This document shows, one piece after another, positions 17,974 through 30,100 of a stretch of 64,000 nucleotides of DNA. The notes beneath the pieces were generated by a model. That model made no database searches, was not told the DNA's origin, and was given only the letters and a program-made list of their open reading frames with translations. Numbering within the stretch: position 1 is the first letter of the stretch; each line of letters starts with the position of its first letter. Source of the stretch: Schizochytrium sp. TIO01 (Eukaryota > Protista > Bigyra: Labyrinthulomycetes); contig SMSO01000032.1 of the NCBI GenBank assembly GCA_004764695.1, positions 7,968,483-8,032,482 of the forward strand. Reading direction: 5' to 3'. The position numbers were made by a program, and so were the translations under genes.

Positions 17974-20697
17974 TTAGCGCTTACTGTTCCATTCAGAAGG
18001 CTCGGTAAAATAAGATGCACTGTCATCAGCAACAGAATCATCATACGTGCCCCCAGTTTCAGAGGAGCCTGTTGTTGAGGTCTTCCCGCTCGAAGCCCCA
18101 CTAAGAACATATGCTGGGGCCACCGCATTAGGAGGAAGGCGTGAATTATCAATCGCTGGGTTTTGGCGCACAATGATTGCCCCGCTATTAGGGTCTTTCC
18201 CCTGGAGATTATGTTTTCGAAGCAACACAGCACCAAAAATAATGACGGAGGCGCCAATAGCGACCCAGGTATACGGACTCTCGATGATGCTTTTAATGAC
18301 ACTGAGTGCAGAAGATTGGCTCGAAGGACTTGCCGTAGGCGCCGTGTAACTATCTGCGCACTGTTGTGAACCTGAGACATAGTCGTCGTCTGTGATCAGC
18401 TCTGTGCCATTATCAGGAGCTTCGGTTTTCAGATAGCAGAGTTCTTCACTGAGACAGTACGAAAAATATTCACAATCGGACTGCCAACTGCAGAATTCTT
18501 GACAGCCCTCGGCAGACTCAATGCCTTCAATCGGGTTTGAGTACAAGTTGTTGTCATCTAATGGATATTGTGAAGAATATTCAAAGCAATCTGAACTAAC
18601 TGTAGGGGAGTCAGTGCTGCTTTCTGTGTTACAGTATGGTGGACCGGAGATAAAATCTGCGTCGTCAGAAATGTCGGAGCTACTGGGGAGTTGTGTTTTC
18701 AGGTAACAACTCATCTCTGAAATATTATACGTAAAGTACATGCATGTTGTGCTTAGCTGGCACACCGCCTTGCATGCAACTGCACTGCTCACAAGGGCGG
18801 GTGTGGAGAGCACGTTGTTAACAGTGAGATTGTACTTTTCGCCATATACTAAGCAGGATGTAGGGCTTGACGTAGGAGGGCTTAGCGTGGGAAGACTGGT
18901 GGGCGAGCTACTTGAAACAGTGGGTTCTCGCGTTGGAACCTTAATAGTCGGTTGGGGGGTCGTTGATGACCCATTTGTAGTCGGCTGCTCAGTTGGCTGT
19001 GTAATTGTAATTGTAGGTGTATCAGTTGTTGAAATAGAAGTCGGGTTTGTTGTTGGCTTTGCTGTTGGCATAACGCTGGGTTGGGGAGTGGATTTGCCCG
19101 TGGGAATGGCAGTAGGGTTCAGAGTAGGGTACGCTGTTGGTGAACGTGTGGGTGCCATGGTTGGGTTAGGTGACGGCCGGGGCGTAGGATACGATGTTGG
19201 TTTTGGCGTTGGTTCGGCGGTAGTAGGTTTGACGGTTGGCTCTGCAGTTGGTCTCGATGTTGGTCTTGAAGTTGTAAGAGTGACTGGATAAGGTGTTGGC
19301 AACATGGTTGGGTATGGGGTTGGGTTGAAAGTGGGTTCTTGCGTGGGAGTATCTGTCGTGTCACTTGGACAAATGTGGTCCATGATGAGTGTATGCACAG
19401 CGGTTGCATTGAGATCGGTAGCATTCTCTTTAATGCGAAGATACTTCGTTGACTGAACACTTGCACCAATGCCATTGTAAGGATGACTTGCATTTTGGAA
19501 TGGAGCTGCGCCGCGCCTAAAAAGGACCTTTGCCAGGGTATCATTAATTGCTTGAGTGATTCCATTAGCACCTTCGAAGTCGAGTTGAATATATGCAAAG
19601 AAGCCGCCAAGATCCTGAATGAGCTCTGCTTCACCACGAGAGCACATGATAGCCCTATCACTACCTTCAGGTTCTTCTCCGTCTGCACCAGTCCAATCCT
19701 CTGTCGTCCACGTGCACCCGTTCCAGTCATCATCTTCTTCATTATTTTCTGGCATGCCATCAGATATGAAAATCACTACTGGCTTAGCAGCTTCCCTTCC
19801 ATGACGTGAAATCATGTCGTTGGCGTTTTGAATACCCGACCATATGTAAGTATATCTGCTAACGGACTCTGACATACGGGACAGCGACCTTAGTTTGGTG
19901 GTGAGACGGGTAGAGTCACTTGCAATGCCGTTGTTGAGATGAATAACTTTTCTGGCTTCGGTTGCATATGTAACAGCAGAAACTTTAGAACTAGAATTAT
20001 CAGAACCGACTGTAAGCGTCTCAACAAAGTCTGCAGCAAAGTTGCGAATCAAGTCCCAAGAGGTATCACTTATTGAGAGTGACTGGTCAAATACAAATAC
20101 CACATCCATAGGCGCGGCTCCTGAACACCATAACTCCCTGCTACGGGTTTCAGTGCTATCGTAATATGTATATGAATCATAAGCAGTATCATTGTTCTCG
20201 TCATCATTTGTTGTTTCCAGCTCCCTGTAGTTAGGACGGTTTCCATTTTGCAAAATCCTTTTGTTCCATAGCATCGAATTTTGCGATGCATCAGTAGATA
20301 TGTTTTCTAAAACTCGTTTCACTAAAGAGCTCGCGTTGGAGGCGCTGTTAAAGATTTGGGCGCTTGTTTCTTCTTTTTTGCTGCTTGCTATGCGCAGTTT
20401 CTTTTGTGACTCTATGATTTGTTCAATTGGCTTCGTGCGATTTGCCACATCTCTTCCCTGAGCAATTACTCTGCTCACGACTTCCTCACAGCAAAGTGCT
20501 AGGATGATGGCAGCCGCAAGGAGCACTGTTACTACGCTTGCTCTGGCTCCTTTGCGTCTGACAGAGCCATTCCTTCTGGACATGGCTTTGCGAGTTTCAT
20601 TATCGAAATGAACACCATCGCGGTGCACATTCATAAAGGCCCCTCCTTCTCCTCGTTTTCGTGATAGAGAGTTCTCCTGACGCTTTCGAGGCTGCAT
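17974..20697 (-). CDS. Type I membrane adhesin: signal peptide, vWA (intact MIDAS), Pro/Thr stalk, two PAN/Apple domains, TM, acidic Trp-containing tail
   Basis: Signal-like VVTVLLAAAIILALCC (start may be the Met at 20583). MIDAS VVFVFDQSLS, T in RYTYIW and D in IFISDG. PT-rich repeats. Two CxxxCxxxxxCxxFxY...CYLK...SG..C Apple motifs. TM WVAIGASVIIFGAVLL. Confidence 0.9.
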   Translation of the reverse strand: MQPRKRQENSLSRKRGEGGAFMNVHRDGVHFDNETRKAMSRRNGSVRRKGARASVVTVLLAAAIILALCCEEVVSRVIAQGRDVANRTKPIEQIIESQKKLRIASSKKEETSAQIFNSASNASSLVKRVLENISTDASQNSMLWNKRILQNGNRPNYRELETTNDDENNDTAYDSYTYYDSTETRSRELWCSGAAPMDVVFVFDQSLSISDTSWDLIRNFAADFVETLTVGSDNSSSKVSAVTYATEARKVIHLNNGIASDSTRLTTKLRSLSRMSESVSRYTYIWSGIQNANDMISRHGREAAKPVVIFISDGMPENNEEDDDWNGCTWTTEDWTGADGEEPEGSDRAIMCSRGEAELIQDLGGFFAYIQLDFEGANGITQAINDTLAKVLFRRGAAPFQNASHPYNGIGASVQSTKYLRIKENATDLNATAVHTLIMDHICPSDTTDTPTQEPTFNPTPYPTMLPTPYPVTLTTSRPTSRPTAEPTVKPTTAEPTPKPTSYPTPRPSPNPTMAPTRSPTAYPTLNPTAIPTGKSTPQPSVMPTAKPTTNPTSISTTDTPTITITQPTEQPTTNGSSTTPQPTIKVPTREPTVSSSSPTSLPTLSPPTSSPTSCLVYGEKYNLTVNNVLSTPALVSSAVACKAVCQLSTTCMYFTYNISEMSCYLKTQLPSSSDISDDADFISGPPYCNTESSTDSPTVSSDCFEYSSQYPLDDNNLYSNPIEGIESAEGCQEFCSWQSDCEYFSYCLSEELCYLKTEAPDNGTELITDDDYVSGSQQCADSYTAPTASPSSQSSALSVIKSIIESPYTWVAIGASVIIFGAVLLRKHNLQGKDPNSGAIIVRQNPAIDNSRLPPNAVAPAYVLSGASSGKTSTTGSSETGGTYDDSVADDSASYFTEPSEWNSKR

Positions 20698-23600
20698 TCT
20701 TTCTGGTTTTCGCTTTTGAAAGTCTTTGGTTGAAAAAGGTCTAAGTTCTTATCGCCTTTTTTCACGTGCTAGCAGTTCCGCTCAGTTTACGTCTTGCTTG
20801 GTCTTTTGGCAAACTACGCTAGACCAGGCGCAGGAGGACTACAGTGAAAGGCGAGGTGGGCAGTCCGGTGATTGGGGAGCGAGGTTGAGTTGTAAGGGTC
20901 GATCGGGCACGTCTCGCGATTTGGCTCGGATGTGCAAGACCCTGCTCGCAGTCGAGGTCGATAGTCGTCAAGAACGTGCCAGAAGTTGGTCTCCCTCGAA
21001 GCCACCACTAAGGCAGCTCACGAGCGGCGCGATCCTCGCCTGAGCGGCGCGAGGACGCTCGCCACCTCGAGGAGTTTGGGAAATACTCTTCGAGTTGGGC
21101 TCTCGGCGGAGCGCAACACACAAAAGACTTTGGAAGAACCAACTTTGAAGGACTTTTAAAAAAACACCTTAAATGATAATTGTATTAAAAGGAAATGCTT
21201 TGAAAGGTCGCCTTCCAAAAGCGGAATTTCCAAAAGCAAAGATAAAAAACATAAAATCAAATAAAAATCAAACGCTAGTTCTAGATCTACAGCCCTATCA
21301 CGACCTTAAAGATTTCTCTGTCGCGCTCCAATACTTCGTTACGATAAGGAGATAGCTAGCGCCGTCACCACCATCTTTGCAAATAGCGGTAGAATAGCAT
21401 CGACCTCACATCCGACTTGAGATTGTGAGGAAGGAGTCAGGAGAGATACCAGCGCATTGAAGTTTGAAAACAAAACAAAAAGAAGTACAGATGAAGAAAC
21501 GAAGTGATGGTTGCCAAGTCTTCGCCAGCGCTAATATGAGAAAATGTAGGTCGAACGCGGCCCCGGGGTCAGATTGAGATCGCGTTTGAAACCTGCAGCA
21601 TATATATAGACCTGGTAGTGAGACTATAGAACGATAAACTTCTGTTTTAGGTGGCTATCAAAGTGTGTCTAACCTGAAAAAGAGCGACCGACGGATGAAG
21701 AAAAAGAGCGATCGAATACATCCTACATAGAGCTCCAATCTAAGCAAAGACACGCGAAAGACACGACCCCCAAATAGCAATCACGTTGTGTCGGGCGGAC
21801 TGGGGAGTGGCTTCAAGCCACAAAAGCGCAAGAAATCCTGAAACGAATGATCTGGTCATCGCTAGTCAAATGAGAACATGACATGTGGACAAAAACAGAG
21901 GAAAGAAAAGAAGTTAGGGTCAACTTTTTATTTGTTAAAAAAAAAGAAAAAAGAAAAAAGAATAGAAGTAGTAGTATGTACTTTTTAATGTTGATTTAAT
22001 TTCAATTAAAAAAATTATATATATATAGTACCAAATAAAAAAGGGAAAAAGGAAAGGAACAGCATCATTAGTTTTCGTACTATCTAGTTAAAAGCTTTGA
22101 TTGTCTGGCAATGAAGGAGAACCAGTCAACCACGGCAAGCGGCTTATCGGCTCATTTTGCAGCTAGCTATCTCTGCGTCGAAGATGCCTATACTCTGGCC
22201 CTCAAATCAGAGCATGTGGAGGTATTTCCCGGGCTTGAGTTATTATAAACCCAAGTAAGCCCGGCAGGAATGGGTGGAAACGCTCTAGCGAGCGGCGGCC
22301 GGAGCGAAAGGGGCGCCACTTATCCTCGCAGTTTCAGATCTCCATGATGGCTCCCCTCTCAGTCACTGTGGAGGAGTATGTGATGATAATAATATTAGAA
22401 CGAGGTAGGATCAATGTTGAAGAGAACTCGAAAGAAATAGCATCAAGCATTCTCATAAAAGCTACGCTGCTAGCGTTGAAAAGGCCCTCGCAGCAGCATG
22501 CGCTGGCCTGGCATTCTGAATAGTACCGGCAGTGCTCATGATAAAGTGAGGCATTATTATTAGTAGGTGGTCCCTATTTATCGTTCACCTTGGAGCTTTT
22601 CGAAGAGCATTGTTGGGGTTACTCATTACTAGAAAAATTGGTAGTAGGGATGCACGTGCGTGCGTCTATTTAGAGATGAATCTGATAGTTCCGGGCTTCA
22701 AGTTGAGGGAGACCTTGAGCGTCGAAGATCCGGCGATGGGCCGTCGAGGTGTCCAAACGATTGCTACATACTGTTGCTATAGCTTGCATTGCAGCGGCGT
22801 GCGCCCTAGTATCGGCAAACACTCCGAACCATCGAGAAGTGAAAAACCTTATCGAAACCTTTTCATTGTTTTCTTTCAGTCATCTCATCTCATTGAAAAA
22901 AAGGAATTAAATAATAATAATAATACTACTAGGTTCTTAATACTCCAAGTAGTCTGAATAAGGTTTTAAAAAAAGAAAGGAAAGGAAAGGAAAGGAGAGA
23001 AGAATAATTGCCATTGATGTTCGCTAATTTTGGCGGTGCTCATGAGAAAGGTATTCGGCCAGTGCTACATGCTACATACCATGCTTGTGAGCAGCCGGGC
23101 CTTAACAGGCGACATCCTCCGGCTAGCTGGGCAGTCACCCGGAAATCTCGTCCCCTGGCTGCTTCTGCCCTCCGAGAGCCTGGCCATTTGCCTGGATAGA
23201 AGCTTGCTTCTTTTGTGGCATGCCTCTCAAATGCTTCCCCAAATCGCCTCGAGCGAGGGTTCTCCAGAGTCCATAGACCCTGACCGATCACGATCCAGTC
23301 GTTCGCTGCGGCCGCGTCTGGTTGTTGTCAGATGGGATTACAATTTGCGGTATCGCGGGTCCACAACATGGTGCCTCTGAAGCCCTGAGGTCAGTGGAGA
23401 AGCTGCGAGCTACTAGCACAGCTCAAATTGAAGGCAAACAATGTTTTGCATTGTTCATCTCTCCGCTGTTCATAGTTTTATGCTTAGGACTTGATATAGT
23501 AGTATTGCTATTATTATTAGTACTATTATTATTAGTAGCAAGACCACTACCACTACTGATACAACTGAGACTACTAATACTATTAGGAATTACCGGGCGC

Positions 23601-26600
23601 GTGCAGGCCCAGCACTTGCATGATCAATCAATCGTCATAGTCTCATCACTTTGCCGTGCCTTTGATTTGGAGCGTAAGCTCGCCAATGATTCTGACGAGT
23701 TCTGAATCATCTCTGTGAATGATCTGGTTGTCGAAGTAGGTGCGTTCGGTTGTGTCAATATAAGCAACTGCAGGTGCCATGGGTCCGTCTGTCGCGGAGT
23801 CGATAGGGAAATTTCGTTAATGTATTATCCCCCTATTTTAATTTGTGTTAGGATGATGATGATGATGATGTTCAAGTTTCAAACCTTTCTCAGAGAAAGG
23901 GAACTACTAGTAGAAGTATCAATGATTCCTTTTTTTTAATTTGCTTCGTTTCATCCGTTGGAAACTTGTGCTTATGCTAAATCACTTCAGTAGTATTCAG
24001 GTGTTGAGATGAAGGAGTTGAAATCACCGAGTCTGAAGCTAAAGCCAAAGTGCTTTGCACATTTAGGCAATGAGTAAGTTAGCTGGAGAAGATAATGCTC
24101 TTGGTGCTAGTTCTGGTCTCGTGCATGTTATGCTCCTTGTCAAGCATTGCATGCACGAGCCGTAAGGAGGTCGCGTGCAGAACATTAGAACACGAAAAGA
24201 ATTGAGAATTTTACCACAAACGTGTGGTACCATGGACCTTCTGTACAACAGGTTCTTTATGAACGAGAAAACGCTATAATTTTTCTCAAACGAGGCGCGC
24301 GTCGGGTTTGGGCTCAGGGACCAACGACGCGTTAGCCTTTCTTATGCTTTCTACTTGGTAGGGCGCCTTCACGACGTGCAGGTCTCTCTATCGTGCCAGA
24401 TACTTCATTAAGGTGTCCATTCAGAGCGTCCTGTGGTCTCCAAAATACCCGGGCTACATTGTGCATTCAGGGCCAGGTTAACACCAAAACAAACTCACGC
24501 CTATTCGTATCATCTCCACCATTCTGTATACATTGCAATTTACACATCAAACTTCTGGCATCTGCGAGAATAAAAGATAGTCCTAGTATACCACATCATC
24601 AGCAATCTTTGCTAATTCTACGGCATGTGCTGACTTCATTGCTATTGTATTGGTTGTCTTCAATAAACTCAATTTTGAGGTTGCCCCTGTACATGCTCCT
24701 GAACTGCTCCTTAAGCTATGGTGCCTTCAGCCAGGACCTATTTTATGGTTGGAAGCAGAGGCGCAGGACTACTGCAGCTCAAATCTTTGTTTTGTTCGTT
24801 TGAGTTTATCGTCCCCTGCAGACTGTTAATCATAGTATGTAAGGACCTAGGGTCGTGCACGGGCTCGCGACAGGGTAATTAGTGTACTACATGCCGCAAA
24901 TATTGCGTGCGCCACGAAAGGCATCGCAGTATTTTTTCCTGAATGGTTTTAGTTACAATTACAATCGCCCAAATCGAAGGAAGGAAGTAAGCTAGCATCA
25001 TAGCAAGAGTCAGCGTCTCGAAATTCACGTTTAACTTCAATGGTAAGTTAATTCGATTGCCTCAGCCTAAATGCTACGTGCAGTAGTTACCTTGGCTCCG
25101 GAAGTAGTGTGCCAATCACGGTGCAAGCTAGAGAGGAAGTAAAAGAAAAAGAGGAAAAGTGCGAGTTTTTATCATGAGAAAAGAAAACCTGTCATGAGTA
25201 CCCCAGCCACCTATGGTTTAAAAGAACAAGGTTTGTCTATAAGCGATACAGTAAATTCATAAGTTATGACCACCTCAAAGTTGAGGGGCTCCGTGATACC
25301 ACCATCGGCCAGAAAGAAAAATTATGAAGAATGATAAATATTAATAAATTATAAACATATATATACTTTTAATTAAAAAGTTTTAATAAAAATCAATAAA
25401 AATGTAAATTGTGACAAGTTTTAAAACTTTTAAAGTTCTGCTTTGCGGACGCTTCACGAAAGTTGCTTTGCAGCTCCCTTTAGCGCTTGTCGTGAGAGCA
25501 CGATTAAGTCAATCGCGCACGTGGATGTATGTATCTGTTTTATGGTGCTGGTCCATATTTCCTTTGCGAAAGGCAAACTCCGGGAAGCGTATTGGACGCA
25601 ATGGGAAACGTGAAGCAGGAAGGCTTTGGGGTGTAGAGTTTCATTGGTACACACGACCTAGGTGTGGGGTGTGGGTGAGCTGGGGGGAACGTGTCAGTAT
25701 GCTATGCTATGCGAGCTTCTTTCCATAGACGCACGGAATAAAAGAAAATTCAAGCGCAGTATGAATCCTTAGTCCATTGGTATTTAGAAATACAAGATCT
25801 ACAAAGATGCGGGAACCAGAGGAAATGGTAAGGGCCGTGCTAAGGTAGCGTAGGTCTAACCTGATGAGCAAACTCGGTTTAGTAATTTTTATACTTATTT
25901 CAAAAGAGGAGAAGAAAAAGCCTCTTCATTGAATAATACTCTTTGGTGGGATGATATTTTAACAAGGCTTATTAAAATAAAAAGAAGATAAGATACAAAG
26001 GAAAGAAAAGAAAATAGAATAATTTTTCAGCTGCCATATTGCTGGCGCGTATCTAGTAGGTACTAGTACATTGAAAATAAAGGGAACTCGTCGTTTGGTG
26101 AGTTTTGTATTTCAGGATTCACGTGCCGAGGCGGACTTGCACGTGACGAAGGAGAACAAAAGAAAAAGACTGAGGGAAAACATTTACGGCACTCTTCGTC
26201 GTATTCTAAAACTGCCAATGATCATGGTGGTTGACGCCCCATTTCCACGCGAACGTTCGCAAAAGTAGCCATCTGACTGACAAATTAAAACAGTCTTGGC
26301 AAGTTAATCTGACTGTTTAGGGGCACAGGGCAAATATCGTGATAGAATCCCAGGAGTGGGAATTGGTTGGAAGCTGCGTAATATTTAGTTCCTTAGACTC
26401 AATCCTGCTCTTGGAAAGTAAAGAATTTGCAATTTTCGAGTATAAAGGCTGGTTCTTCAGCGCGTAAATAAATAATAACCACTTGGCACAGTGCTCAGTA
26501 CTTATGAATTCGAAATGCATTTCACTACAATAGTGCTGTTGATAGTGTAAACTGTGAAGATTTATGTATGTCCTTCTTGGAAACATGCGATATAAAAGAA

Positions 26601-27124
26601 AGACTCAGGGCGGAGTAGCGTGGAAGACATTGCAAATGTGAAAGAAGAAAGGTAGTAAATACTGGTTAGGAGAGGTCAGGTGGATCGATATCAAATTAAC
26701 GAGAGCTCACGTTGTGGTATACAATTAAGACGAGCAAAAATGAAGAGTCAGCTTTACGTGAGTGAAAATGAGTTGGTACATTTTATACTTTCGAGCAAAA
26801 GAGTATCAGAGAGATCTAACCATGAAATACATTGTTCAGCTTTTTCAGCTGTGTGAGGGAAGACTCGTCAGTTCCCTGCAAAAAAGTACAGGCAGAAAGA
26901 CGCGGGAACATACTTGAATATAGAGAAACGAGAAACACTGAGTCTTACAACACCTGACGCGCATTGTTACTAAGGGTCCAGCGATAAGATCCGTCTCAGA
27001 AAGCAACATTTATGCAGCCACTAGTCGATTTTTCTCTAGTGTATCTTATAACATCAGTGGAAGTACTAATCATAAACAATTTATGGTGGAAGGAATTCAA
27101 AGTAAATGCAATGTCAAGTCAATG

Positions 27125-30100
27125 TTACTCGTTCCACTCGTTCATGAGCCGTTCGGTTAAAAGGCGCTCCACAATTACTTCATCATCGTCATCATCTTGA
27201 ACTACAGTGTCGCCATCCATTGCGCGCAGACTTGCTCCCGCAAGTATCGATGGCGAGGCTGAAGCCGAGTCATCATCTTCAGAGTTTGCAGCGCTACTAT
27301 GTTCATCCTCCTGGCCATGTCTGCCGCCTAGAAGATGCTGAGAGCGCCTGCTTGTCTGACTTCGAACAGATGCCTGGCTTCGACGAGCTGACTGGCTATG
27401 AACTGATACTTGACTGCGACGGGTCGTTTGGCTGCGACGAGATGCCAAGCTACTGCGACTTCGGCGACTGGATCGTGACATTTGACTGCTGCGACGCTGC
27501 GGACCTTGATTTTCAGAAATTTCACCCAGAGACAAAGCCTCTGTGATTTCAGATTGCTCAAATCCTGACGCATTATTGACTTCCCTGCTAGTATGAGCTG
27601 TTGAATTTCTTCTCGTACTAAAAGAGACATTCCGGGTATCCAGAACTTGGTCGCCTGTCTCATTGCCTGTTTGTTCTACTGCATGATCACTTAAGTTCTC
27701 ATTTCTATTTGTAAAATTACTGATATGATCAGATTGCACATTGTCTCCATTAATTATAGTGCCAGATGCATGAACTTCCTGATGTTCTTGTTCTTCGTTT
27801 GCTTCATTTTCGTCAGCTTCTGTGTTAGTATCAGTTGTTGCACCAACATCATCATCATCATCATCGTCGTCGTCATCATCAGCAGACTCGGCATTCCCAC
27901 GTCTTATTGTGGGGCTATCTTCACCCGGGTCAGACATGGCTTGCGCTCGTGAAGAGTTTCTGGTTCGGAGAACAAGTCGTGGGCGGCTTCCTTGACGACT
28001 TCCTTGACGGCTTCCATTTGCACTGCTGCTACTGCGTCGACCCGATCTACGACCCCGTTGGGCTTCTTCAAGAAAAGGTGCTAAAAGAGCCTCATCTTCT
28101 TCGTAATGAGGGTCAACCTCTGAGATATCATCTGGAATTTCAAACCCTTCGTTCATTGGTGCTCGACACAACGGGCATGTCTTGTTCAGAGTGGCCCACT
28201 TTCCAACACAGCGCAAATGAAAGGAATGCTCGCATGTATAGGGCATTGCTGTTTGGTCAATGTAAAGCTCTTCAAGGCAGATAGAACAACGATCTAGTAA
28301 AGCACTATCCACAGGGAAAAGCTCATCTAGGTCTTGCAGATCTGGAAACGAAGTAAGCTCCGGGTAACGGTGCGAAACACCTTTCAGAGGTCCTGCCAAA
28401 GCGTCACGGTCCATAGCTTCGTAAACTGACGGGCTCCGTGCCAAACGCACAATTGCACAAGCAGCATTACGCGAGACAGTCTCATTCTCGGTATGGATTC
28501 GCAAAGTTCTTTGAAGAACCGAGAGCACACCAGATTTGAATATAACCTCTTTGTTTGCATCAGGAGTGGCTAGATTACACAAGGCACCTGAGCCTGCTTC
28601 CGCAATAATACCATCCTTCGGGTGAGCACCCATGGCACGAAGTACCCACTCTGCAGCTCCGTTGTTAGCTAAAACAACTAGGTTTTCTTCTATACAGGTC
28701 ATGTTCTGCAAAAGTAAAAGTGCATTTCTGAGAATATCCAAATTCAGCAAATAAATTGAAGTCACTTTGACGAAAATGTACTCAATAGTCGCCATGTCTT
28801 GAAGAGTTTCTGTGCTGGACCACGAAAGGCTCTTAAGTGCCGAAATGCCCGCTTCCCACACTTCTTGGACCCCAGGCTGAAGACGCATTGCATCCTCAAC
28901 AGCATTAATCATGCCATCATCTACAAGAAGTTGACGGACCTCTGGAGCCCATGCCATACCGTCGACTAAGCTGAGCGAGTTCCCGACGAGGTTAGAGTCT
29001 TCTGGATACCGCCGGAGCGCTGCACGAATAAATTCTTGAATACCCATGCGTTCAAGCTTAATCGCCAAAACGGGGTCCCGATACAGAAGGTTCCAAAATG
29101 CAAGGAATGCTGTTGCTAAAAGTCGCGGATCTCCACCACTCGTTTGTACCGCGCTGACCAATACTCTAATTGCAAATGGTTCGTCTAGCATGCGCTTTTG
29201 ATTGCTTGGTGCAAAGGACAAATTGCTCAATGCCGCAACAACTTTACGTGTGAGCATGCGTGAACTGTGAGTCTGACATGCATGCACAATAAGGGGCACC
29301 GCTTCTTCCATAATGGGCATATTGATGGCTTCTTCACTGAAAGAAACATTACGAATAAGTCCAATGCCGTGTGCTTGCAGCATAAGAGAGTCCGGGTGAG
29401 CCTCCATGGCCCGTAGGACCAATGAAACCGCATCACTCTCTACCATCCGTGCTCGGCGCATATCATTGAGTAAAACATCATCTCCAGCGGAAGAAAGTGA
29501 TTTGAGCGCACCCGCACCATCTTCTAGAATCTTCACCGCATCTAAGTGATGGTTCATAACATCAGAAATTAACTCTACAGCTTTGTATTCAACAACAAGG
29601 GCTTGTTGACGGTCCGAGAAATAAGGTTCGAATTGAGAGCGACCGATGATTCGTAAAAGACGAAGGCATAAGTCTACAATCAGAGGGTCTTCACCGTGGT
29701 TTGCCAGCTGATCAACGATACTTTTGGCTCCATCTAAATCCCATAATCTAGAGAAAAACCACTCGCCATTTCCTCCACCTGAAGCGCTCTCTGACATAGA
29801 TCTTCCTGAAAAGTCATCTTCATCACCAACGTTTTCGTCTTCATCATCACCCATCCCAAACCAATCCAAAGCAACCTCTTTAGAAGCAGGAGGAACGACT
29901 GGTGCGTTTGTTTTCTTTCGACGTGTTATGGATAGAAACCGTCGTGCAGGAGAGGGGGGTAGGGTTGCTGTTCCTGTCGATTTTTTCTCTGATGATACAG
30001 CTTCTTTTCCTGTTCGAGCTTGCTGCAATGCTAAGTCTAGCAGTTGCGTCAAAGCCTTTTGAATTTCTTCAGACTTGGCATTCTTTTTGTTGAGAACTTC

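Noticed and set aside
22290-22380. TPP-riboswitch-like words on the - strand (CTGAGA, GATCTGA, GGATAA)
   Set aside because: Required P2/P4/P5 pairings and the GCGnAGG end are missing, and no thiamine gene is adjacent.
25855-25885. CTGATGAG hammerhead-like core
   Set aside because: No GAAA after stem II and no stems I/III.
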